Source of the DNA: Phoronis australis
Taxonomy: Eukaryota > Animalia > Phoronida
Length of the DNA stretch: 64,000 bases
Assembly: GCA_002633005.1 (NCBI GenBank)
Contig: NMRA01000344.1
Span: 411,354-475,353 of the forward strand
Reading direction: 5' to 3'
Shown here: positions 14,401 to 27,127 of the stretch, piece by piece
Position numbering within the stretch: position 1 is the first letter of the stretch
Layout of the letters: each line of letters begins with the position of its first letter
Program-made: the position numbers and the translations under genes
The notes under the pieces: generated by a model
Told to the model about the DNA's origin: nothing
Seen by the model: the letters and a program-made list of their open reading frames with translations, nothing else
Databases searched by the model: none

Positions 14401-17400
14401 GGAAACTCATTTGACGTCAAGACTGTCGCTGAAAGTGGTATGTATCGCTCAATAGGAGACTTTCAGTAAATAACGGCAACTGATGATGTGGCACCCAAGA
14501 CTCTTAACGTCACCTGGCAGTAACAGGAGACATTTACTCTTCGCATTGGTGACGTAGGATAAAAAACATTTTCTGTGTATGTGATTAGATGTGGGAGGTT
14601 TGAAACAAAATTGAAATTGCACCACGACCGCTCTTTGCTGCAGGGGAGCGTAGCCTTGCGTCACGGGTTCCTTGTGTTCCGGGTATTACGTGTCGCGTTG
14701 TTCGGATTTCAGGTTCCACGTGTCCCAAGTTCTATTTGTCCCGGGTTCTATTTGTCTCCGTCTTTTGCGTTATAGTCTGGCTCTAAGCCCACGAGAGTGC
14801 AAGTTTTAGCTAAAATTTCCATTTTGTGTCCACATGACAATTTTGGGATGACTTTTAAATCCTCATATGGGAAAAACATTTGACCTTAATAACCCTGATT
14901 TGCATGCATAACTAGGTCAAAATGTGTTGCTAATAGCATAAATTACTCGAAGGCATATCCTGGGAACCACTAGAAACCGATGCTGGCCAAGGAGAATAAT
15001 CAAATGATCAAATTTTCTGTGAGTGAACTGTGCACTCGTGTATCCGTCCTCGGCGAAGAACAACAGTCGACTATAGATATAAAGAGGATACACGTTGTTT
15101 CTAACTTTATTAACGATCCGACAAAGATGCGACGTGTAGAGTGCGAAATGCTAAAAATCAAGACAGAGTAAGATAGGCCTACGTCAGATGGGTAAAAATT
15201 CGACAAGTAAACAAGTAATGGGCTGTTTTTATGCATCCTTATCGAACCTTGGTCGTTATCAGATCAAGCAATGCACCCTGGAATTTTCGAATGCGAACTC
15301 GATCTTGATAATGCGCCTTTACTGTGAGAGACTTTGGCTAGGTCGTAAACGGTGATCTTATGTTGATTTTCTTCGCTAGTCGATCGCTTAACACATTGAA
15401 CCAAAAAGTAACCATTGTCGCCCTGGAGCAAATGCGTGTGTTTGAATAAAAAATCCGAGTAATTCACTAAATAACGCGGCCGCATTTTGACTATCAAATA
15501 CATGCGGCTAGGACATTCTCTACACCGGTGGGGTGGGGGGGTAATAAAAACTACCACGCTGGGACACACAGAACCCGAAATACATTGAACCCTGACCAAT
15601 GCACAGAAAAAAACTACATAAATAGAACCCGGGACACAAAGAACCCCGATATGCGTAAGACGGGACACATATAATCCGGGACACATAGAACCCAGGTCAT
15701 ATCGGGATGGCCCAGTGCTGCTGCGCGGTCATGCATGCCTATAAATGAAAGTATCAGCATTAGTGCAGATGTATCAACGCATACTGAATGTCGAAAGATG
15801 TGGGTAAAACATAACTAAGTAACACGAAGTCTGACATAAAGGTGTCCTTGACTGTGTACTTTTCTAACTGTAGAAATGCAATGCTATAAACATGACCGTC
15901 ATGCTATATCTAGTTAACGTGCTTTTTCCAGTTGCCACCACTCTTCAAGGTGCATGCGACAGAAATGACATTTGTCGCGAAGGTTACGCTTGTGTAGAAG
16001 TCAATGGAACACTTCCACATTGCAAATTTGTGCCCGCTGAGGCAACCACCAAAATAAGCACTGCTACAGTAACACCTCCTACTACCAAGTCTCCAAACCC
16101 TTCTTCATTTCCTCCGTTGAATATAATAACAGGTAGACGACATTGTTTTAATTCACTTGTAAGTGTTTGACAATGATGAGTATAAGTCTCTCCGTTAACC
16201 CTTTTTATAAAACAGTGCTGGAAGCTTTACGTGCTCGAACGCACACATGATATACAGTAGTCTTGGCATATGACATAAACGTGCTATATTGGGTAATTAT
16301 CATTTCACTAAGTGCTTTGTTTAAATTGAGTACGGTGAATTTCCTGCATATCTTCCTTGCCTCAACAAGCCTGTTGCTTTATGTTTAGGGTAGTAAATAA
16401 AGCAGCTACATTCATGTTAGGCCCACAACTGAGAGTTCTGACCAAGAAAAGTGTCATTACCCTGCGACAGTAATCGTCTTGTAGAATCATCTTGTCAACT
16501 TGGCAGCAGAACTGATGTGACATTTTGCTTACAAATGATGTTGTACATTTAACAGGTGAACCTTTGACTGTAAACGCTTCGTTCAAGTTGGGTGAAACAT
16601 TTCAATGGAACGATGATCTGTTGAATAAAACACTTGAGTCCACTCAAGACTACATAAGAGAAATACAGACCCAGGTATATAGAACTTCGTCTCATTCAGT
16701 TAAACAACGCATTGCTCTCCTATCGCATTGAAATGCGAAGGAAACTAAAGCATCGAAGTCGACTAAGCATTTGTTGGTCAGTTTATCACTGCCCATTGGC
16801 AATAGCGAACTAAAGTGTATGAAGACTCTTTCTTATTGGTACGAATTGAAACCTTTAATTCACAACTTAATTTTGTCTAGGGAACATAAGAACTTACAAA
16901 ACAGGGCGATGTATCTTAGATAACGCATAGATTGATCGTTTAGACATTTAGAAATCATTAGGCTACTTACGCAGCGTTGTAACTCGGCTGACACGCGAGA
17001 AACAAATGGAATTTACCCCGCCTAAGCTCGTTCAATGCTATATTCGCTAAATTCCATATGACGTTGACGTGTACACTACTAAATATAGTAACACCAGCTT
17101 CTTCCCTCCAAGCCCAACAGCAGTACTAGATCAAATACGTCATGTTCTGAAATTACCTTATTTAGTTGATCGTGTTTAAACTTGAACATCGCAATACATA
17201 TGGAATTCCAAGTTAGTTCAGTCTACTATATCTCAAGTTTAAAGCAAGCGGTCTTATTCATGGGAATTCTAAATTCCAAAAATTAATTATGTAACACAAA
17301 ACTACGATATTTGTCTGAGTTTGTTCACGATTGGAAGCTTAATCATTAGTTTCGAAAGCAGGATGAGTTTCGTCAGTCGAAGGATATCACTAAACAATGA

Positions 17401-20400
17401 ACATTTCGACATTTTCAACCATGTTTGAGCGATGAAATTTTTTTCATTGCTTTCCTATGATATAATGTTAAATGTCTAAATCGCTTACTAAGTCTGTTGA
17501 GTCAGAGTTTTCCGCCCTTTCTCTAAAGCCCTTGTTCACTGACTGGATTTCCCGTGTCAGGTTGACCTGGTTTTAGAATCAGATGGCGCACCACTGGGAT
17601 TTGTACCCCTTGACCACTGTTCAAAATGGGACTTGATCCTAATGAAGACAGTCTCCTTAACCTACCTTGAGTACTAAGTGTTCTTCTCTGGCGATACACT
17701 TGTCGATGGAGTGATCAGTGTTGAGGGTGTGGTTCCCTACGGCTCTGGGTCTGTCAAGTTTTAAAGTTTCCTTCGTCCTTGTGCCTAGATGTCGTTTGGT
17801 TTCTCCTATCATGGGCGGCGCAGCACTGAAAAAAGTGGGAGGGGGGCTAAAGCGGTTTGGCTGTGTACAAGGTGGTTCGTAGGCAAGAACAAGAGATGAG
17901 CTTTGACTAGTATATTGAAGACTGTCAACGGATGATGAGGACAACTCTCAATGCGGAGAAACAACTGCTAATCAACTCATACTACTGAAGCTACTGATAC
18001 TACTGAAGCTGCAACTTAAAATATAAGTCAAAGTGATATATATAGAGACCAGAGAAACACAAATTAATCAACCAAATAAATGAACAAATAAAGGATGCAC
18101 TATGCTGACAAATAAACAGTTCTAGGAATAGGAAGTATTACTCATCTTCTGCATGCAGAGAAAGTGGTGGTAAACAACAACAGTAAGTGATGTAATACGA
18201 TGGATGAAGCAAAACACAATAACACATTCTGCGACAGGTTTCAATAATGTCTTGACCTCATGTGATTTGAAGGTGCATGGCAGTTGTTCAGAAAGATTCT
18301 TGAAGTAGGGAATGAATATGGATGGTTGTCTGAGCTCATCCCTGTCGGTGCCTAGATTGGGGCTACGTTGGTGTTGTGGAAGGGTAAGTGCTCAGATTTC
18401 ACAATCATTGGCAGTCTCATTCTTGTGGACTTGGTCAATGTAACATAGCTCTCTCCTCTGTCGATGAGGGTGAGTAGCACTATGCGTTCTGCTGTGCGGG
18501 TTGGTTTGAGCAAAGTTCATGTATTGATCAGTGTGAATGGGCTTGCAGTACACAGAAATCTTGGTGGAACAGTCATCGTTGATGTGTTTGCATAAGTCCA
18601 GGAGTGGCAGTTTGCTGCCGTTCTCAGGCCCATGGTGAATTGAATGTGACGGTCGATGCTGTTGGTGTTTGCGAAGAAACTGTCGAGGAGGTTCTCATGT
18701 ATGACTACGAACGTGTTGTCCACGTATCTCAGTCAGGTACTAGGATGATGTAGGGTAATTTATAAAGTTTATCTTTCAAAGTCATCCATGTAGATGTCTG
18801 CAACAATTGGTGAAACTGGGGACCCCATAGCCTCTCTTTGTCACTGTTGGTAAAACTGGTTGTTACACTGAAAGCTCGTAGTAGTGATACAGAAACTCAG
18901 CAGCTGGCAAATTTGATCAACAGAAATTTCGATACGTTGTGATAACAGAGTATCAATATCCAAACAATCTAGTATTGATAGGAACACTGTGAACAGTGCC
19001 CTAACAACGAATGAAACCAAGTTGTTACCAGGGGTTACTTCTATATGTCGGAGTTTATCGAAAAAGTCTTGACTGTTGAGAGCACTATGGATGATGTTTC
19101 ATATTAGCGGTCTCAGTACTTTAGAGAGGTATTTGGCTGCTCCATAGGTGATGCTGCTACAACACGATACAATAGGTCTGAGTGAGGTGTTGGGTTACAG
19201 CTCCCATCTCTCAGGTCATCCTGACGTCCTAAAAGTCCAAGTTGACGCACACAGAAACTTGAGGACAAGTGTGAATTTAGTTCGATCATAACTGAGAAGT
19301 ATGAGCTAATCAACTCGGAAATTAAGCACGAATTTCGAATGAAATGAACGGAAAATTCGACGGAAGCTGTTGCTAAAACGTCAATGACTATTCCATGGGA
19401 CCTCAAAGTTTGACAAAATCGCCCAAATAATTCAATTTAATCCAAAACGCGGTTTACGTTTCACAAACATAACTTTGTGTACATGATAACTTAGCTGAAA
19501 CTGACGAACATCTCATCGAATGAACGTACATTAACTCAGCTGATTGTTCGTCACAAGCCGCCATTTGCCGGTATGTGGCGACATGTGCTTGAAAGAACTC
19601 AGTTCAGTATCAAAAGATTCTTACAATTATCCTTAAAAATAAAAAACAAAGATGCAATAGAAAAAACTCAATGTTGTAGTTATCCAGAACCCGACTATCA
19701 TTTGTTGGCTACCTGTGACGTAATATAGTGGCAGATCTACGATTTCAGTAAGGGGGGTTAGGATTCGAGAGAATCCGAGGTGCGTAGCAGGAAGGTTGCG
19801 AGAGGGTTTCCCTCCTCCCGTGTAAGATTTTTTGGGATTTTTAGTAGCTAATTTCGTTTTCCTGGCGATTTTTTTTTCCAGTTTTTATTTTTGATCCTGT
19901 CCCGAGGGGGGGGGTTTAAACCCCCTGAACCCCCCTGTAGATCCGCCTCTGTAATAGATCACATGGCATTTGATCACGTTATGGCTACTGCTAAATCTTA
20001 CTAAAAAGACGTAGTAACGAGAACAAATTGATGGCAGATTCATTGGTAAATGTAAACAAATCATTTTTTATGCTTCGGAAAACCATACTTCTACTGAGTT
20101 TAAATCTATGCAGTAACTCTGCAAACAGTCTTGTCTACTGTTTTAAACACGAAGGGAAGGTCAACAAAGCGAAACGTTTTTGACCCCTGATGAATTCATA
20201 ACTTGCCAGTCTGTCCAAATCCTATAATAACTTAATATATTTTTTGCCTGCTTTCAGTTATAAAAGTGTTTTTTCGTTTAGTTGAAGGAAGCTTACACCA
20301 AGTCGATAGAGGGTTTCCAAAACGTTGCAGTCACTGGATTTCAAAATGGAAGTGTGATTGTTTTGCTTGATCTGGTCTTCTCAATGGACACACTGTTAGA

Positions 20401-23400
20401 GAAAGCTCGACAAACCTCCCCTACAAGAACACCAGGCCAAAACGAGTTCATCAATGTGTTGGCTAAAGTAATGAAAGACATTAAGGACTTGCAAGTAACC
20501 TTTATTCTGAACAAAACGCAAACAACGATCAACGGCATTTGGAAATTCCCTGACGTAGAAAAGTATGCAGAATATGGTATGTATCATTTTCCTACCGATG
20601 GAGCTTGATATCAGCGATGCATTGCTGTTTTTTTAATCATTAGCTATACCCAAAACGCAAAATGATTATAAAAATGACAAGCACTTTATCTACCGCTACT
20701 TTGATAATTGAAATACTCCGCCGGGCATCCACAAAATGGAAGGGCTACTTTGATGTTTTGCTGGGCCAAGTCAGTTCACTTGATGAGGGTTGAAATTGAA
20801 TTTATCAAACCAATCCACCAGGAAATGGTTACAAGCGATATGTATGACTTCTTAAATAAGTGCGACAGCAATTAGTATTATAAACAATTGGTTTGTCATA
20901 AATATGAAAAGGGTGTGCAAGAAGTACAAATGAAGAAACCAAAATCAGTCACAAGAACACCACATGGCCGGGGTAAACGCCCTGCTTACAAGATATACGG
21001 GGGCAGTATGCGTTTTAAGGCCAGAAACACATTTTTGGATTATTGATTGATGGGCTACACTTCTTGAAGTCATTAAACTTGACAAAACGCTGTGAAACAA
21101 CGCAGTCCCTGCTTTTTAAATATGATCTGTCCAATAGGGTTGTAACCCGAGAAGTGAAACTACTACTGGGATACGTTAATATATACATACATACTCAAAA
21201 CCATACATACAAACATACACACATGCATGTATACATAAACATATGGTTATACACATCCAAGAACATGTACATGTATATGCTCATGTATATGTGTATCAGT
21301 CAAGTTTTGTAGCAGCCTACGTTAACACATACTTTCTTGGAAACAAGACTGGTCTTTTTTCACAGCTTAATACACACTTGCTCGTAGTGTCGAAACAATC
21401 TCCATTCTCCATGCGTGCAGCTATGTAGAGAGACATAACAGCAAAACAAATTTGAACACTACCTATATTTCGAGACTGCATGTCTTATCATCAGGAAATG
21501 AGTGAAATGAAGATATACAAAGAGAAATAAACAGTGAAATACATGTTGACAGCAGGAAGAGGGTCATAAAATCAGAGAGTGTTAGTGTATCACATAAGAG
21601 GAAGCCCACCACCTAAGCCTAGCGTACATCGGCCTTAAAAGTGGACACAAACAGTTGTAAACAGGTTACCGACAACTGAGAGCAACTGACGGAAACTGAT
21701 CTGTTTGCGAGTTTGGCCGATATGCGTCTTCTTACTACTGATGGCGTACAACTGATCGCTCGGTTGCCGTCAGTTGCGCATGCTCTACTTTCTCGCCACT
21801 GGTTCCACTCAGTTTTGCTGATCCACCCCGATGTACGCCTCGCTGCAACTAGTGGTGATCTTTTAACGACCATGTGATGGTCATGTGACCTAATTTTACA
21901 CTAAAACACAACAAAATGGCGAATGCTTGGACCATAGACATCATCATGATGTGATGTCTATGGCGTGGACCAATTCTGCGGACGATGCTCTCGTTGAAAT
22001 GTGGAAATTTACTCAAAATTTGATCTTAAGGATTATATTTAAAGAAAACTGGTCAGTTGCATCAAAATGAATACTGATGGAAAGCATATAACCAGTGGCG
22101 GATCTAGGATATCACAAGGGGGGCCCAACATTTTGTCGGGCTGTAAGCATTTGCGCCAACCACGATTGTAACCTAGATGCGTATAGCACCGAATGGGGGG
22201 AGTGAGGTCGGGAGGGGGATTTGCCCTCTAAAAATCAAGCATTTTATTTGATTCCTGAAGTATTATCCAAGAAAAAAAGGCAAAAAAACGCGGGGAACTT
22301 GTCAAACAGGAAAAACTGCAAATACCACAGACTCGAACTCACGACCTGGCGGATAAGGGGCGCGTGCTTTACCACTACCCCACCGCGATATAACTACTAA
22401 CCTCGTACTAAGAGACCTACTTGTTTATAGTCCACAGCGTTTGCGCGCGAAACCTACTTCTTTTTGTAATGCTTATTATACGTTTTATATTTTGTGCAAT
22501 CGGTTCTTAACAAATTTGTTGTATTTAAAATAGTCTTCAAATGCCCAAAAGACCAAATCCGTTTTTGTTTTGGCAATAATGACGGGATTGCGTTAAGGTT
22601 TCACAAAGAGAGAGTTATGAGTTTCTGAGTGATTCACTAAGGCTTCAATTAAAATTCACATCTGACCAGCAGCTTCTGTTTTTCCATCGTCACTCAGGTT
22701 CCATTTTCTTTAAAAAATGAACTAAATTTTCTTCATTGCACAGTGGAGCAGACGACAGAAACGGAGTCGTAGTGCGCAGGGCCACTGCCGGTCGCCTGGG
22801 ATATCGCGGGAGAGCCTATACTTAGCCATAGTTCCGTTTAGAATGCGCCGTGTTCCGAATTTGACACTCGAAATTGGATCTGAGCCCCCCAAACACTAAA
22901 ACTGCACACATATAAATCTTGTTTCAACAGTATAATTTTAGTTACCGGGGTTATTTAATAAACTCAACATTTCCCTACGCTCTTGCTGTTTTATTTTTTT
23001 GAGGCAGCCAAGGTGGGGGGGGGCGGGCCCCCTGCCCCCCCCCTAAATCTGCCTATGTATAACTAGCCAAATATCTAAGTTACCGTAAATACGCAAGTCT
23101 GTATGTAAGTCACGTGATTGCAAATTGCAAGTGCTTCCTATCGCACTCTAATGGTTACAACTCAGTCACTGCCAGTCGCTTTCGATGAGTGCGTAAACGT
23201 GAGTGGGGGTAACTGCCTAGTTCCCCACAACTGCTAAATTACGCGAAGTAACAAGCTGACATGTGCGAAGTCTGAGAGTTGCCTTGTCGATGTACAATTA
23301 GATTAACGAAACAGAGCCAACGTGCGGTACAACTTGAGCTGTTTCTTCAGCACAGGTTTTCGTGACTGATCAATAGGGATAGCGAATGATAGCATTATCT

Positions 23401-26400
23401 ACTACTTTAATGTAACGTTGTTCTCGTGAACAACGCTACATTGGGCACACAGTGTGTTCCCTATCCCGACAATTGTCAATGCACTTGAAGGGCAGGTCCA
23501 TTCAAGATCATTTTTTACACCATCGTGGCCGAAAATAACTAGGCAAAAAATAGTAGACAATACCATTATTCGCAATAAAACATAACTAGTGTTTTAATTT
23601 GTTTGTTTTCTGTTACGTCTCTCGGTGTTTCGCTTCATAGATGCACTCCTGATGAAAGGAGATTATTTCGACACCAGGAGCGAGTCTGTGTTAAGCTGTC
23701 AAACAAAAAGTCCAGGCGTGTTTTCAGCGAAGAATGTATATGTATATGGCTGTACTAAGGTATTTTTAACGTTATGACAAGTCTCCTGCCTGGGAGGCGT
23801 CTTGTGCGCTCGTGTGCGCATTAACCCGTACAGGGCATCTAAACTTTCCTGTCTGCATGCAGCTGCCCTGCTTACCCCCACAATGTTTTTCTCGCGCGCA
23901 CCATTCCTCTATCACGGACGAACATTTCACTCTCCTTGATCACTTTTGTCGTCTCACAACCATACTTCTTTGCTCACGGACGGCCAAAGTTATCGATCAA
24001 ACTGTTAGACTATTTCAAGTGTTGTTACATTCGTCTTGATGTCTTAAATCAAATAAGAAATTAATGAGTTTTCTCAGTGCATAACTTGAATATGATTCAT
24101 TTCATCAAGTTTTATAGCAAGTTGATGGATACTTTCCCAATTATCGTGTTTGCGGGATCACGACATACGAACCACGAAGACAACTGACGTATATTTTGAG
24201 CGTAAAGTGAGTTTTATAGCATTTTCACTGTCGCCTCAATAACGTTGCCAATGTGCGTGTTTGCAAGTCAGAGTTTTCACAGTTGATCTGTGAGCAGGTA
24301 TCAAGGGTCCAAGAGAAGGTGCTGCGTCCAACAGTAAAAAAAATGCTTTTTCGGGAAAGGAATAGTGTGCGGAGCAAAGATGGTCTGTCCGCGAGCAAAG
24401 GGAATATGTTTATGAAACGCAAGAATTGTCTGGGGGACATACCTCCGCGGGAAGAGAAAAGCGTGCGCGAGAGACTAATTCTGCGTGCAAGATTGGAGAG
24501 GCGGGCGCTGGCAGGGAATTCTAGGTACCTTTCCCATAAAAAATAGACTGATACCCTGACACTTTAACTGTAATTCTATATCGAAGCAGGATCGTAAAGA
24601 CAGGCTTGATCATTTGCCAGTTCCACTGCTGTTTGCAGTTTTCAACAAAAAATGACAAACATTTGCTTATTCATGAGAATACTACTGCATAGAACTGTAC
24701 TACAGAAGTGCACATGAAAGTAACAGTAATAATTTCCCCGGCACACAGAAACTGCATATTGATCGGATAGTCGTTATTTTTAGTTGCTATCACTCTACAA
24801 AGACTGTGCAAGAAAGCAAATAGCTGTCCGAGAGGCCACAAATGCGTCATCGTCAACGACGCATATCCCCAATGCAAAGGGGCGTGTGATGCCTACTCAG
24901 AGGGAATATGTGCTTACAGAAATGCTTCTTGCTACCTGAATAGGACCTACCAACCAGAGTGCAGGTGAGTTGTAACTTCCACCGCTTATATTACAAGTTA
25001 CTCAATCGTAATCGATTTATATTTTAAACTCACTCTTCACTATTGCAACACCTTTGGTTAGTTGATTCAATAATATTTCTATTATTGTAGAATGTTATCG
25101 CTTAAGTGGGATCGCTCTTTGGATATTTTAGATGTTCCCCAGGATACATTCAGCTGGATGCCTTCAGCGACAAGTGTCAGTCAACGGCAACAGTTATAGC
25201 GTTAATCTGTGGAACAGCCGGGGGAGTACTCTTTCTGGTCATTTTCGTCATCAGTCTTGCCTGTGGAATCAAGTTGAGAAAGGCTAATAGATATAAGCAA
25301 GCGTAAGTCAGATATTGTATGAATTAATTCTAACTAATGTCATTTCAACGGTCAACAATACATTCTCTGGGATTTTTTGTATAAATAGGTGGCCAATGTC
25401 GAGAGAGTAATTAAACAAGAGTATATGAGGGACGGCATTGATCGAAGGAGAGGGAGGGCCAACAGAAGGACGGAAGGGAGAGGGAGATGGTTGGGGGGGG
25501 GTGAAAGGAGGGAAACGTGACGNNNNNNNNNNNNNNNNNNNNNNNNNNNNNNNNNNNNNNNNNNNNNNNNNNNNNNNNNNNNNNNNNNNNNNNNNNNNNN
25601 NNNNNNNNNNNNNNNNNNNNNNNNNNNNNNNNNNNNNNNNNNNNNNNNNNNNNNNNNNNNNNNNNNNNNNNNNNNNNNNNNGAGAGGGAGGGAGAGGGAG
25701 GGAGAGCATAACTGTTACTGGAAGCAACAACTTTTAAGCATTTCTTTTCATTTAATCGCCGAATAATCCCTGGTTTGAATTTCTACTGTTTTCCTCTCAC
25801 TGAATTCTGCAGTATCTAAAACTCCGATCAGATATACGCATATAAGCCATCTGCTGTTTTCATATGTAATATTGGCCTGAGGGTCAAATCACATTTTCAT
25901 GACGATTCATGAATCTAACAAGGAGAATGAGGAACCAGCAAAGAACACATTTGTTTGCAAACCTGCAGCGACAAATCACGTTACTGCTTCAATGTATAAG
26001 CTGACACCGCGCAATACTTAGAAAATCTATCGTCTCATAGAGATGTTCATGTAATTCAAAAAGTAATAAATTTCATGGAATGTCCGAAAATCCCTTTGTA
26101 TTCACAGTCTCAAGTCTCGCGAAGATGACGTTAGTATTGCGTCCGATGATCTTTACCACCTGCGGTTGATGCGAGCAGAAAGAGGTGCAAACGACTATGA
26201 TAACGAGGTATGTGTTCAAAAATAGTTTCCAATGATAATCGTGGCATGAAATTAGGAGGAAGTACGTGTACGAATGAGCCGTACCTTTTGAAGAAATTTG
26301 AGCTAGAAACACAAATGCGCTACAAAACTCGGCCCAGAGCTAATTTCCTAACTCAGCTTATTCTCAGACGCAGACTCAAATTTAAGCCAATCGTGATTCG

Positions 26401-27094
26401 AGCACAAACATGTAAGTTTTCTAATGTCGTTCTCAGAGCATTACAAGAAATGAAATCAGTATGGTCACTATTCGCGACAGGATCTTGACAGTAAGGGTAA
26501 AAGCTTCGGATATAAATTTAAGGTTCGAAACACATATTACTCTCACACTAAAAGTGGATAGAAATTAAATCGTGATTCAATCTCAGAAATGTCAGCTCTG
26601 CAGTCAGGACTGTTCGCACACTGAGTAGGCTCCGACTCTGCTTCACTCGCCAAAGACGCCGGTGAGGGAGGGTTGAGTTCGTACGGCCTCAAAATCTGCC
26701 GATACGGCGAGCTCTAACCCAGTATCTGTTTCACCTATGACCTGAATGTTTTCCTCATCCGCCCATTTCCATATCTGTCGATACTCATAATACCTGTCAA
26801 GCTCGTTTTCATAATCTTCGTAATATACACAATCATTATTGCATGAATGATGTCAAATGATCAACGTCTTCCACTGATGGCATCACGTGGCCGGAAACCA
26901 AAACAATCATTATTTTTTTCTTCTAAATTCCAAATTCTTCAATTATTTCTCAGGAATTTGCGACCTAACATCGAGTATGTGTTTTTTACTGAGGTGATCG
27001 TCTGCTCGCAGCGTTCAACTCTCCGTCGCTGCCGACTGTAACGTAAAATCTGCTTTTTGCGGCACAGCCCTTACCTCAAGTTCAGAAAATCTTC

Positions 27095-27127
<33 letters not shown>

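Noticed and set aside
25438-25737. Gly/Glu-rich and Pro-rich ORFs around the second gap
   Set aside because: Purine-rich low-complexity intron sequence plus Ns.
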